Part shown: one piece after another, positions 36,031 through 49,608 of the stretch
How positions within the stretch are numbered: the stretch's first letter is position 1
How the letters are laid out: every line of letters begins with the position of its first letter
Source of the DNA: Dipteris shenzhenensis
Lineage: Eukaryota
Direction: 5' to 3' (one strand)
Length of the DNA: 64,000 nucleotides
Assembly (NCBI GenBank): GCA_047967505.1
Contig: CM106538.1
Translations under genes and position numbers: made by a program
The notes under the pieces: model-generated
What the model saw: only the letters and a program-made list of their open reading frames with translations
The model's database searches: none
Told to the model about the DNA's origin: nothing

Positions 36031-37374
36031 GGTGCAAACAATGTACTCAAAAGTGTCCTGAAAAAACTCTGTATGAATCAACTGCAAATACACTGAAGAT
36101 GCCAAGTGAAATCTTTGTACCGTCGGTGAAGATAGAACTGCAGTATATAAGATCTGATCTGTGTTACAAGGCTTGTGGCAATGATGCCAGGAATAGCCAA
36201 GAGGCTTTACAAGGCTAAAAAATGATGTGCACGATGCCGTGAGATAGCCAAATAGGCTTTACAATGGTGGCATGTGTGTGTGAAATCAAATGATATTTGC
36301 CCACTGAATCAATCTGCAATGCCTCTGAACTGTGAAGTCTGCTCACTGAACTGATGAACGTAAGGTTTTAGGTAATGTAATGATGTGAAATCGGATGTGA
36401 GCGTATGGACTGCTGACTCCGAGTAGGTACTAGTCAGGAATTTCGGGCATGGCTTAGATTGGCAACTTGGGGAATTCAAAGCATCCCCTCTATGGCGATC
36501 TAGTCTACTCTGATCTAGATCTAAACCAACCGTCGATCGATGAAAGAGCAGCAAATAATTCCTTTTCTTTTGTTCTTTTTAAGTGCTGGGTCAGATGCGT
36601 CGATGTAGAGGCAAATGTGCATGAAGGAAGTGGTTTTGTCGGCGAGGCATAAATGTGAGTGTAACTTGTGCCGAAATGTGCGCGTGATGTAACGAGCGCG
36701 TAGAGCACGAAAAAATGAGCGACTTTCCTTTTTGGAGCACCCTCAAATTCTTCCTGGATCAAGAGATATGACTTGATCTAGGTGGAGGGGCAAAAGGAGT
36801 GCAAATGGTGCTCAATGATGATGTGTCACTGTGAGTCACATGCAGTGATGATGTGGCACTGTGCTTAGCAAGAGGTGTGCCTGTGAAGCTCTGTGCTGAG
36901 GTGGCAGGAGTGTGCACATGCAGTGTGTGCACAGTGTGCCTGGCAAGGGACTGTGCTTACAGAGGGTCAGTGCTGACTGGACTACTGAGGTGGCACTGCT
37001 GAGGTGGCACAGATGATGTCAGCAAGGTGATGTGGCAATGCTGATGTGGCACAGGTGATGTGGCTAATGATGTGGCACTGTGGATAAGGGTGCCATGTGG
37101 TAGAAATATAACCAATGAATAAACCCAGGGTCAATTGACATAACCCTGGTCAAGGCCTATCTGCCACGTGTCAATACACAGACCAACCCTATTGGCTTGG
37201 TAACTTGGGTTACGGTACATGGGTTACCTTAACCAGATAAGGTGATGTGGCACCTTGATGACCAAACCTGACCCTGAGGATAAGACCTTGCCACGTGTTG
37301 CCTCGTGGTCTACCGAAATCTTTGGAAGATTCACCGGAATCTGTGTGGATTCGGTTGCCGTCGGGCGTTTCTTT

Positions 37375-37626
37375 GTCAATGGAGCTTGCTGGTGATCGCG
37401 ACGTTGTTGCATGAGATGAGGGAGCTGCCTCTCGTTCAGAGGTTTGCATAGAGGAGCTTCGGGTGGTTAGACCGTCGGACGGGAGTTTCGCGTCTCCCAT
37501 GTCAATGGAGCTTGCTGGTGATCGCGACGTTGTTGCATAAGATGAGGGAGCTGCCTCTCGTTCAGAGGTTTGCGTAGAGGAGCTTCGGGTGGTTAGACTG
37601 TCGGACGGGAGTTTCACGTCTCCCAT
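37375..37626. repeat. 126-bp tandem duplication in the D2 leader
   Basis: gtcaatggagcttgctggtgatcgcgacg...tctcccat starts at both 37375 and 37501. Confidence 0.9.
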
Positions 37627-40600
37627 TGTTGAGGCTTTGCTATGGAGCCTTGGCGTTGAGGCTGGATGGAGCTATGAGCAGTTGCATAAGATGGTGGAGC
37701 CATCGGAGTTGGCGGTTTTCGTCCGTGGCGAAGCTACTTGGTCGTTGCCATTTGCTGAGTTGGTGGCGCAGCTATTGGAGCAGTGGCGGAGCTACAACTC
37801 ATGGCTGTTGGAGTAGAGCGGCTGTGAATCGCAAGGGGAGATGCGCCGAGAGCTTGGAGCTTACGTAGGGATGGCCGTTGCTCATGTTGGAGGTTCGTCG
37901 GGAGTCGCGGCTGTGCTGGAGGCTATGGCTCTTGGTTTGCCGCTCCACAAGAGAATCAAAGCTTGCGCTTTGGAACAGCAATCCGTCGTTGGCTCAGAAC
38001 TGCAATCCGAATGGAGATACATGCCATCGAGTGAGCAGCGGGCTAAGGAAGGCCAAGCCTTTTTTTGTTGAAGCGGTCGTTGTGTAGCATGGGCTGCGCC
38101 TCAAGAGCTGCCTTGTGTAGAGAGCCTTTGAGTTGCTGGAGAGGCTGAGAATCGCAGAAGCCGGTTGATGCGACTGTTCTTGTGAGCTTGTTGGACGTTG
38201 CAAGTCGAAGGCGTTCGAGTTTGGTCGAGAGAGCCGCTGAGACTTTGTCTTGTCTCATCCTCAGGAGCTCTTGGTCATGAGCCAAGCTTTGGAGTCGAGT
38301 CATTGTAGAGGTCATCTCTGAGTCCCATCTTTGGACTAGCCAAGTCAAGGGCATTGCTTGAAGGTCACAGGTCCTCTTTGTTGCAGATCGATGTGGATAG
38401 TTGAAGCTGTCTATTGGCACTGAAGAAGACCGAGTTGATAAATGTCATAGGAGCCTCTTTGCTTTGGTGTTGCACTCAAAGCTCTCCTCTCACCAAGAAC
38501 AGAGAATAGTCTCTCTCTCTCTAATCAATACAAAGAACTAAAACAGAAAATGGATTCTCACAATGGATTTCTTTCACTCTCAAAGGAATGAACACTCAAA
38601 GGATTCTCCCTATCTCTTTCATCAAAAGAGATGAACAGAAATTCCTCTCAAATGGACGGAATTTCTTCCAAAATGAGCGGAAATTTTCTCTCAACGGAAG
38701 TGAAGGGAAGGATCTCACAATCACTCAAGAGAACTCTCAATCTCACAATCTCTCTCACACTCTCAAGAATCTCAATGTCTCAGCGGAAGACAAGGGAGCT
38801 CTGATACCATGACAAAATATGAAGGGGGGAGAGGAGAAGAGTGGAGATGAGGAGAGAGGGCACAGCTAGAGAGCACACCACAAATGACTAACTGTACACT
38901 AGAATTAGTTGAAAAAATAGAATATATACAAACCCTTTTAGGGTTAGGGTTAGGGGATCTAACCCTTTCCTTTATAGCACTCTATAAGGTTAGTGCTATG
39001 CACATATGATCACGTGATGGTGCTATGCACACATGATCACATGATGTTGAGCATGAACTCTCAACACCCTTGCCTTCCGCTAAGGCATTGTGATTCTTGA
39101 GAGTGTGAGAGAGATTGTGAGATTGAGTGTTCTTTCACTTCCATTGAGTGATAGAGAAATTTCTGTCCATTTGAGAGGAATTTCTGTCCATGAGTGATTA
39201 AGAGATTTTTGTTAATCTCCTTCCATTCAATTCATTTGAAAGAATTTTTATTCATTGGTTTATTCATTTCGAGAGAGAGATTTCTTCCTCTTTCGTTGAG
39301 AGAACTACATCCATTGCATGTCTAAAATTTCCATTCATTCCTTGAGTGATTACATTCTTTGAGAGAGATGGTTAAGGTTCATTCTATGAGGTCTCTTTGT
39401 TCACGTTAGAGATTTTTGACAGATTTTTAGTTGAGAGTCAAGACTGTTTATCCAAACATGAAAGAAAGCATCTCTTACTCCGAGTCCAACAAGAGCTATG
39501 AGTCTTCAAAAGGACTCCACAGCTACTTCATTGGCTACAACAGCCTCAACTACAAACTCGAAGGCTCAAAGCTCCACATCCATAGCACACGGGTTGTAGC
39601 TCCCAAGGCTCTCAAGTGAGCCCCTAGCTCTTCTAAGGCTCTAAGCCTACAACTTCCAAAGCTCGACACTGCCCATGCAAGCCACCTCTCCAACAGCGGC
39701 TTCTTCGAGCAATGACTCTTCACACTGTCTTCCGCAATAGAGCACATCACGGTACCTACGCTCGAAATACGAGCTTGCAAGATGAACATACAAGTCCATA
39801 AGACTCCATGCAAGGCTCTAGGCCACACAGACCATCATGCGACTCAACCAGCACTTTAAACAACTGCCATAGCTAGAGCCTCAGAGCACCGCCGATGCCA
39901 CAAGGTTGTAGTGCCTTCACATAGTTTGCATCCATATGCGAAGTAGCAACTGCAAATGGGCTGCCAACAGCCGACTAAATGATTGCAAGGCTCCAACAAT
40001 ACTCATAGCGGCCGACTACCTTATGGCCTTCTGTATGCTCAAGCACCTCTGATAGAGTGCCTGCCAGCCAGTGTGCTGCTCATGACCTGAGCAAGTAGCC
40101 CGTAGCACACCCACATGCAATTCCTTCAATGATCGCTTCTATCGCCTCAACGATAGAGAAAATAGCATCAAGACGGACTCCCAGCACCAACAACCATCTC
40201 CTCGTAACGAATGGCCCACAGTGTTTGATGGCTTAGTGCCTTAGCTTCCAGTCACTCCTAGTCTCTCTATAGCCACTCAGCCAGCTCGAATGCCAACGAT
40301 CTTCAGCAAATCATCGATTTTCGTCAACAGTAACGGAGAAGACGACAGAATCTCAAAGATTTCATCAGCATCTCTGAGATTCTATCAACCACATCATCAT
40401 TTTGTCCATGCCAGGTGTCATTCATCTACCACATCAGTAGCACTCGCCTTGTGCCATGTCATCTTATCCTTGTGCCACGTGCCATCACACCTTACCTACC
40501 ATGTGTCACCCCTATCCTTGTGCCACATCAACAAACCCTATCCTGTTGCCACATCAGCATCTTATCTGACACATCAGCTTGCCACATCACCTACTACATC

Positions 40601-41622
40601 GTTAGTGCCACGTCACCATTGCCACATTATCACTACCACATCATCAGTGCCATGTCATCTATCACATCATCATTGCCATATCATGTGCTGACATCATTAT
40701 CTATGCCACCTCAGTAGTGTCGTCTTAGCTGTCCAGTCAGCACTCCCTCTGTAGGCACATACAATGCTCCACAATCAATTCATGTGACCACTCCTACCAC
40801 CTCAGCATAGGGCTCACATCATCACTGCATGTGACCCACAGTGACACATCATCATTGAGCACCATTTACACTCCTTTTGCCCCTCCACTTAGATCAAGTC
40901 GTATCTCTTGATCCAGGAAGAATTTGAGGGCACTCCAAAAAAGAAAGTCGCTTGTTTTTTTGTGCTCTACGTGCTTGTCACATCATGCACACATTTTGGC
41001 ACAAGTTATACTCACATTTGAGCCTCACGGACAAAACCACTTCCTTCATGCACATTCGCCTCTACATCGATGCATCTGACCCAACACTTAAAAAGAACAA
41101 AAGAAAAGGAATTATTTGCTGTTCTTTCATTGATCGAAGGTTGGTATAGATCTATATCAGAGTAGACTAGATTGCCATAGAGGGGATGCTTTGAATTTCC
41201 CCAAGTTGACAATCTAATCCATGCCCGAAATTCCCAACTAGTACCTACTCGGACAGTCCATATGCTCACATACGGTTTCACATCATTACATTACCTGAAA
41301 CCTTACGCTCATCAGTTCAGTGAGCAGACTTCAAAGAGTTCAGAGGCATTGCAGATTGTTCAATGGGTAGATAGCACTTGATGTAACACACACATGCCAC
41401 CATTGTAAAGCCTATTCGGCTATCTCACGGCATTGTGCACATCATTTTAGCCTTGTAAAGCCTCTTGGCTATTCCCGGCATCATTGCCACAAGCCTTGTA
41501 ATACAGATCATATTTTATATATATTGCAGTTCTATCTTCACCGACGATTCAAAGATTCCACTTGGCATAGTCAGTGTATTTGCAGTTGATTCATACATAG
41601 ATTTTCACGACACTTTTGAGTA

Positions 41623-41789
41623 TGTGGGGGTTAAAGGTCACTCTGCCTTTACCCCAGTTATGTACAATACTCAAATACATATATAAATGAAAAAGAAGAT
41701 TAGGGTGATTCTACACCCACCAAAACTTGTGTGGCTCTCTGTTTCTCTCTCTCCCTCTTCCGTTCTTGCTTCCGTTGAGAGCACTCTTA
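41623..41789 (+). mobile_element. Solo LTR of copia family E inserted in D1
   Basis: TGTGGGGG...GCACTCTTA flanked by TSD GAGTA on both sides. Homologous to 61876..62045. Confidence 0.9.
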
Positions 41790-43317
41790 GAGTACATTTC
41801 TTGGAGGCATCTGCGAAGTTAGACAACTCCAATTATGGTACATGGAAATACCGAATGGAGACCATTCTTGTACTTCGGGACAAATGGGAGTATGTCGATG
41901 GGTCTACACCTAGACCATTGGATAATCTAGCCACCAGTAGCTCTACTCCACTTGTTGTCACAACACCAGCAACGGGATCTACATCTACACAAACAGTTTT
42001 TGCACCTCTGGCAGATCTTGCCATTGCCCGAGCTCAGGCAAAATGGGATAAGAAAGACAAGTATGCCTATCATTTGATCAAGTAGAATGTGCAAGATGTC
42101 ATGCTAGGATAGCTCAACATAGTCAAGACATCAAAAGAAGCATGGGATATGTTCGCAGCTCTCTATGAGTCTAAGAACACATCTAGGATTCTCACCCTGA
42201 GAAATCAAATCAACCAGAGTTTCTGCAATAGTAGTGAAACCGGTCATGCTTATGTACTCCGCATAAAAGACTACAACAATCAACTTGCAGTAGCAAGAGA
42301 GACTATGAAGCCCACAGAGATGGTTCAATTCATTCTGAATGGACTAGAAGAGGGATACAAGAATCTAGTCTAGAGTATCGCCATTCAATGGCAAATTCCG
42401 ACACTGGAAGAACTTCAGTCAATCCTACTTGGTGAAGAACTCAGAACTGAGGCAATTCAAGCACCTAAAGGTCATTCTAATGACAAGGCATTCAGAGCTT
42501 CAAACAGAAGCAGAGGCAGAGGCAGAGGCAAAGGTAGATCATATCAGAAAAGTAGTCATCATCAGCAACAAAATCAAAATCAGCATCAACATCAGCATCA
42601 GCATCAGCATCATCCTCAGCAGCATCAGAATCAGAAAAGAGGAAATCATTCCAACCGAGGAAGATTTCAAGGACGAGGGAATGCATCCACCAACGTGTCA
42701 AACATTCAGTGCAACTACTATCACAAGTTTGGACATTATGAAAGAGATTGCCGCAAGAAGCAGTATGACCAAGGCGATCAATCCAGTAGTAATCGAGGGA
42801 ATTTTTGAGGCAGAGGAAATCATCGTGGTGGTCATTCTATTCATAGTCATTTTGCAAATGAACATGGACATATGTTTCTTGCAAGCAAGAAAATGAATCA
42901 GATTGATATAGTGCACTGATTTCAATCCCAAAGAGGATTACAGCTATCAAGTTGACCAAGTGGAATAGGATCCTTCATACATCGACAGCGGTGCATCATC
43001 TCACATGACAAATCATCAGGAATGGTTCACAGAAATGAAGCCATTAGAAGGACAGAAGAATGTCATCTACACAACAGACAATACACCGAATCCAGTTCAA
43101 GGGACAGGTGTTATCCCTATAAACAATTTCACTGGTATGAAAGGATTAGTGAAAGATGTGCTCTATGTTCCAAGTGGGCTAATGCAAGGGGCTTGGAGGG
43201 TCCCAAAGAGGCCTAACCAATCCAACCTAGGTGGGTTAAGCCCACATTTGAGCCCAGCTCTCCCCCCATCAATGAGGGGAGGGGGCCACTTTTTGAAATT
43301 TGAATTTCAAATTTTGA

Positions 43318-43481
43318 ATCTCCCTTCCTCCCTCTCTCTCTCTCTCCCTCCCTCCCTCTCTCTCCCTCCCTCCCTCCCTTCGTCCCTCCTCCTCCCTCTC
43401 CCTCTCCCTCTCCCTCCCTCCCCCTCCCTCCTCCTCTCCCCTCGTTCATCTTGCTCCTCCTCCTCCCTCCTCCCTCTCCCC
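43318..43481. repeat. Polypyrimidine (CT/CCT) tract
   Basis: Nearly pure C/T run abutting the family A LTR. Confidence 0.85.
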
Positions 43482-46400
43482 TGTGAAGATAGTGGGAGAG
43501 AGGGAAGGAGTCTCACTTGCGGCTTTCTCACATACAACATGGGGGAATACACACAAAGGTGGAGGCTGAAAACAGTTTTCCTCTTCTTAGTTGTGAAAGC
43601 CAAAAGAACTCTCTTACAAAAGAAATAGAAGAACCCTATATGTGGGTCTCAAACCAAACTCAACTAACTAAGGTGGCATACTAACTGAGCCACGAACTAG
43701 AGTAGATAAGGATAGCTGTCATCCAGCTATTATTCGTGGGTGGTGTACCAACCGCATCTGTAGCTAACAAGTCGGTGACATAAATGCACAACGGTCACCC
43801 TGGCATATCACGAGTGGAGCTCGATACCTCAACACTCCCCCTCGAGCTCAATCCCAATTCCTGCACACCAAGCAGGTCTCTGAACTTGTGCAGCTTCTCT
43901 ATGCCCAATGCCTTCATGAATATGTCAGCTACCTGATCCTCTGTGCTGACATAAACTAGATCAATAAGACCTAGTAAAACCTTCTCCCGCACATAGTGAT
44001 AATGCACCTCAGTGTGCTTTGTTCTAGCATGATAGACTGGGTTATTTGCCAAGTGTATACTGCTCATGTTGTCACAATAAATGACAACTGGCCCATCTAT
44101 AGACTGATGCATATCATAAAGTAGCTTCTGCAACCAAGCTATCTCACATGCAACCATTGCTACACCCCTGTACTCAGCCTCTGTGCTCGACAAGGCAACT
44201 GTAGGCTGTTTCTTGCTACTCCAGGTGACTGCAACACTCCCAAAAGAGAACACATATCCACTGGTAGATCGTGTATCTAAAATACTACCAGCCCAATCAG
44301 CATCAGTGTATCCATGCGACTGTATCTGAACCCCAGCCTCATAAAATAGTCCATACTGCAATGTGGACTTCACATACCTGAGTATGCATCTAGCCGCATC
44401 CAAATGCGGTTTCCTTGGAGCCTGCATAAACTGACTTACCAATCCAAAAGCATAGCTTAAATCTGGCCTGCTAATAGTCATATAAATCAAACTTCCTACT
44501 ATGCGTTTGTACATAGTAGGGTCTTCCAGAAGCTCACCTGCATCTGTGCTCAGCTTCACATTTTGCTCCAAAGGAACTGAAATAGGCTTACAGCCTGTCA
44601 TCCCATATTTGGACAGCATGTCCAATCCATACTACCTCTGTAAGAGCTGTATCCCACTTGGTGATCTAATCACCTCAATGCACAAGAAATAATGCAGCTC
44701 TCCCAAATCCTTCATCTCAAACTTTTGCTTCAATAGCATTTTCACATGAAGGATATCTTCATCACTATCACCTGTGATGAGATCAAATCATCAACATAAA
44801 TGACAAGCAGCATAATACCTTTCTCTATTTTTCTCACATAGAGTGAGAAATCTGCCTTGGAAATATGAAAGCCAATAGTGACAAGATACTGTCCTATCTT
44901 GTCAGACCATGCTCTAGGTGCTTGCTTCAAGCCATACAAGACTTTCTTCAACCTGCAAACAAACTCAGGATGAATAGCATGAACATAACCTGGTGGCTGC
45001 TCCATAAAGACCTCTTCTTGCAAATCACCATGCAAGAAGGCATTCTTTACATCCATCTGATGTATAGACCATCCCTTTAATGCAACCATAGCAATGAATG
45101 CTCTTACAGTTGCCATCCTTGCTACCGGTTTGAATGTTTCTTCATAATCAATGCCATATGTCTGTGCATACCCCTTGACAACTAATCTTGCCTTGTATCT
45201 ATTCACAGAACCATCTGCATTGTGCTTGATCTTATAAACCCACTTACATCCAATTGCATTCTTGTCTTTAGGCAAAGGCACCAATTCCCATGTAGCATTT
45301 GCTTCCAAGGCATCCATTTCTGCATCCATGGCTTTCTCCCATTTTTCATTTCGCATGGCTTGCTCAAAAGAAGTGGGTTCTGGTTCCTGTATCACTTTGA
45401 CCATATAGGCATAGTGAATGGCTGTAAATCCATCATATTTCAGCCTATCCATAGGATACATAGCTCTGGTAGACCTGCACAAAATAGGCTCACTTCTAGG
45501 TGCTCTCAAAACATCCCTAGTCTTCCTTACTCTAGGTGTAACAACAGAAGGAATACCCAACTCATCATCAATGCTCTGTTCTGAGCCACTGGATTCACCG
45601 TCCACGTAAGAGTGACCTGCATTCACATCAAACATGGGCTGATCTACCTTCTCTTTCCCTTTTTGTGATACTTGCGTACCACTATCTGCATTGCTTTGAG
45701 GAGATTCTCCTGATCTCAATCTGCCTATCCATGGCAAAGTATGTGAACCACTACTAGAGGACACTCCAGGTCCACTGATATTTTGTGATTGCTGCTGTGA
45801 ATTCTATGCAGCATTACCGTTCTGTGCATCTACATCAATCATCACATTTACTGGTTTATACCAGCTGCTCATCTCATCAAAAACAACATCTCTACTCACT
45901 GTAATCTTACGAATAGAAGGGTTATAGCATCTAATACCCTTTTTGCTGCAGAGAATAACCAATAAAGACATACTTCTCAGCTTTTGGATCCAACTTGGAC
46001 CTCAACTCATCTGGCACATGAACATAGGCAATGCAGCCAAAAATTTTCAAATGAGAAATATCTGGTTTCCTACCAGTATACATCTCCTCGCGTCATGCCA
46101 TGTATTGCTGCAGTGGGAGTCCTGTTCATTATGTAAAGTGCTGTAGTAGCTGCTTCAGCCCAATAATAATCTGGTAGATCTTTTTCATTTAGCATGGCCT
46201 GAGATACCTCTCCAATATGCATGTTTTTCCTTTCTACAAGTCCATTTTGCTGTGGGGTATGACTGCATGAATATTGCTGCTTTATGCCATGCTCCTGCAA
46301 GAACCTTGCAAACTCATTTGAGAGGTACTCTCCCCCTCCATCTGACCTTAGGCATTTTATTTGCAAGCCTATTTCTTTTTCAACCATAGCTTTAAAAGCT

Positions 46401-48020
46401 TTGAAGTGCCCAAACACTTCACTTTTCTTTTTCATAAAATGCACCCAAACTTTTCTGCTGTAGTCATCAATAAAAGTGACAAAATAATGACAGCCTCCAA
46501 TAGATGCAGCTTTAGTAGTCTACACATCAGAGTGGATTAACTCCAATGGCTTCTTACTCTCTTGAACATGCCTAGGAAATGGTTTCCTTGCCTGTTTTCC
46601 AAATTAACAGGCTTCACAAACCTTATGCATTTTTGCAACCTTGAATTTAGGCAATCCTGCAACAATGTTTTGGGCCTGCATCGATTTAAGTCACTGAACA
46701 CTAACATGACCAATGCGTTTATGCCAGATATCAATATCTGCAACTACACCAGTCCCATGTGCAAACATTGCTGCACTCAATTCAGGCATGTCCGCATCCA
46801 ATGTAAACATCCTGCCCTTCTTCTTTCCTTTTGCTATCAAGCGACCGTTATTTTTCATATCCTCAACAAAGCATCCATGAGGATTAAATCTGACCTGCAA
46901 GCCCTGCTCAACCATTTGACCAACAGAAACCAGGTTCTTGGTGATGTTCGAGACATTAAATACATCAGACAGGTATTTTTTTTTCCCATCCTGCATAGAC
47001 AAAGGAATTTTACCAATCTGCACAATAGGATGTGCAGTATCATCACCAGTCTCCACAAATCCTGGTTTTTCCATTTTCCTTGCATCCTGCATCCATTCTG
47101 CATGACCTGTCATGTGGTTTGACGCACCTGAGTCAACATACCACACATCATTTCGTTCTTTTGCACTTGTCACAGAATTGGTTATGTGCTGCACCATAAA
47201 TAGATGCTCATTTCTGTCATCACCCTGTCTACTAGAAGATGCATAATTGCCTTGGTGAAATTTTTATTCATAATGTCATGCTGCTTTTTGTAGCACTCCT
47301 TAGCCATATGACCCATTTTACCACAGTAGCAGCATTCTACATTGTTGTTTGCATTTTGACCTCTCTTACCACAGTAGCAGCATTCAACATTGTTGTTTGC
47401 ATTTTGACCTCTCTGCCATCCACCACGGCCTCTTTGGCTCCCCTTGCCTCTAGAGTTACTACGTCCTCCTCCATAGGACTGGTTTTCTTGAGTTTGCTGC
47501 ATATTCTGATTTCTACCATGGCCTCCAGATTGGCCTCCTCTACCTCTGCCTCTACCTCTTCCAGCATTTGAGTAGAAGACAGTTTCTTTTGAAGTTCCTC
47601 CTGAAAAAGATGCACCCCCATTTCTATGCTCTTCAGAAATTAGAAGAGCAAACAACCCTTCAAAATCAGGAAATTTTTCACGGACGGCAATGGATGTTTG
47701 GAACTATGCATAATCCTTTCCTAGACTATTCAAGGTCATAGAAACTAGATCATCATCTTCCACTGGCGACCCAATGGAAGCAAGTGCATCTGCAATTTTC
47801 TTCACCTTCATGTGGTAGTCATTGATGCTCATATTTTCTCTCTGCACATTGTGCAACTCCTGCTTGAGCTGCATTTTCCTGGCTTGCGTATTTCTGCTGT
47901 ACATTTTTGCCAAAGTATCCCATGCCTCCTTTGGCATACTTGCATCCTGAATATGCACAATTATAGAATCCGAAATACGAATAGACAGCCAGTACATAAC
48001 TTTTCTGGCTCTCTCATGCC
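43482..48020 (-). mobile_element. Copia family A, 5'-truncated and decayed (partial gag, PR, IN, RT, RNase H, PPT, 3' LTR 43482..43834)
   Basis: ORFs 47704..48075 and 47182..47655 (gag with duplicated knuckle start), 46691..47197 (WYVDSGASNHM), 46070..46444 (RSDGGGEY), 44742..45764 (MDVKNAF, YVDDL) and 43795..44625 (RNase H). Confidence 0.92.
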
Positions 48021-48396
48021 ATCCTTTAAAGACCATGAATCCTTGAAAGAAAGGCTCTATCAGTTGGAGAAGCATACAGAGGCAAGACTAGTCACCTGCC
48101 ATGCCATGACAACAAAAAAATGTAGAAGAAAGGCATGGTTTGACAGAAATCTGAAAGCTAAAGACATCAAGGAAGGCGACTTAGTCCTATTATACAATGC
48201 CAAAGTACATGAGGGAAAATTGAAGTTTCTAGGTCAAGGACCCTACCAAGTACGAAAGATGAATCCCATCGGAGCTATGCTGCTCGAAACATTGGATGGA
48301 GCCCAATTCAACACAACAGTAAATGGGAGCCGACTGAAGCGCTACTACATCAACATGCAAGCCATCCTCGACAAAAATGAAGATTTGGAAAACTAA
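48020..48396 (+). pseudogene. Ty3/gypsy (Athila/Tat-like) integrase C-terminal fragment
   Basis: RRKAWFDRNLK..IKEGDLVLLY..KLKF..QGPYQV..VNGSRLKRYY (GPY/F module). Confidence 0.8.
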
Positions 48397-49168
48397 GTCT
48401 TCCTTAGTTAGGATTAGATTGTATCACGAGCACTCACTAGCATATGCACGTTTTTGCACATATAATTTGCCCTAGATTGTTACATGTACACTCACTGGCA
48501 TATCCACGTTTTTGCACATTTAGAAAGACCTAATCAATTCTGTATTAGGAATGATTGAGTCTTAGTTTCCCAATTAAATCCCACAAATAAGCATATAGTT
48601 AGACACATCACATGCACTCACATAATTTCGCATAGGCACATAATAGATTGCATCAATAATAGTATCACACACTTTCATTCCATACTCTCAAAGCATGCAA
48701 TGAATTCACAAGCAGGACAAGAAGCTATGCCAAAACTCAAGATGAATTGGCAAAAGAGTCTGCAGACTTTGCAATGAGACCCCTGCCAAACATCATAGCC
48801 GTCTCCTATATGCAATAATATTAGACTTGCATATAAATGATCTACAAGCTCAATGATACGGGTGCAATCACATCCAACATGTATAGAAGATAGCAAGAAA
48901 CGCCATCCTCAACAACGAGACCCCCGCCAAACCTCTTCCCAAGAAGATTCGATGGCAGTGTCCGCGACCTCAGCAATGACTATCCCTCCTTAAGAGGAGA
49001 TAAGCTTCTTGACTATAGACCACAAATTGTATGGTGCAAAAGCATTATAGCAAGAATGATTGGATTACGCACATGGCATCCCAACTCTGAAATCAAAATA
49101 AGCCATAACCCGAGGACATGTAATAAAATGGATCCAGGAGTATGTTGACTCTGTGCCAACATGGACTT

Positions 49169-49608
49169 ATGTAGAAAGAGAATGTGTTACAACTTCTGTA
49201 TGCGAGTTCTACATGTAGAAAGAGAATGTATTACAACTTCTATATGCGAGTTCTACATGTAGAAAGAGAATGTGTTACAACTTCTACATACGACTTCTAC
49301 ATGTAGAAAGAGAACGTGTTACAGCTTCTACATACGACTTCTACATGTAGAAAGAGAATGTGTTACAACTTCTACATACGACTTCTACATGTAGAAAGAG
49401 AATGTGTTATAGCTTCTACATACGACTTCTACATGTAGAAAGAGAATGTGTTACAACTTCTACATACGACTTCTACATGTAGAAAGAGAATGTGTTACAA
49501 CTTCTACATATAACTTCTACATGTAGAAAGAGAATGTGTTACAACTTCTACATATGACTTCTACATGTAGAGAGAGAATGTGTTACAATTCCTACATGCA
49601 GAGAGAGA
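49169..49608. repeat. Minisatellite of 44-bp units, 9 full copies plus 1 partial
   Basis: ATGTAGAAAGAGAATGTGTTACAACTTCTACATACGACTTCTAC starting at 49169, 49213, 49257, 49301, 49345, 49389, 49433, 49477, 49521 and 49565. Confidence 0.95.

Larger units (their letters stand above)
26106..39066 (-). mobile_element. Copia family D, middle copy (D2): LTRs 38810..39066 and 26106..26362, internally deleted pol
   Basis: TSD CCCTT at 26101..26105 and 39067..39071. PBS 38798..38809. PPT at 26363..26371. The LTRs differ at about 2 positions. Confidence 0.95.
25831..43173 (+). mobile_element. Copia family D, oldest copy (D1): 5' LTR 25831..26087, PBS 26088..26099, resumes at 39072, decayed gag-protease ~41800..43173, 3'-truncated
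   Basis: The LTR is the reverse complement of the other D LTRs. Sequence after the PBS continues at 39072. The gag has several stops and has lost its ATG region. Confidence 0.9.

Noticed and set aside
26106-39066. Single tandem (three-LTR) retrotransposon dimer with a duplicated 3' LTR
   Set aside because: TSD TCATG around 26387..33856 and the LTR-pair-specific variants show a nested insertion instead.
43005-43628. Novel 207-aa fusion protein
   Set aside because: Read-through from the truncated D1 protease across a CT tract into an antisense family A LTR; a chance frame.
49169-49608. CRISPR-like array (regular period, palindromic core)
   Set aside because: Units are contiguous near-identical repeats with no unique spacers, there are no cas genes, and the context is eukaryotic.
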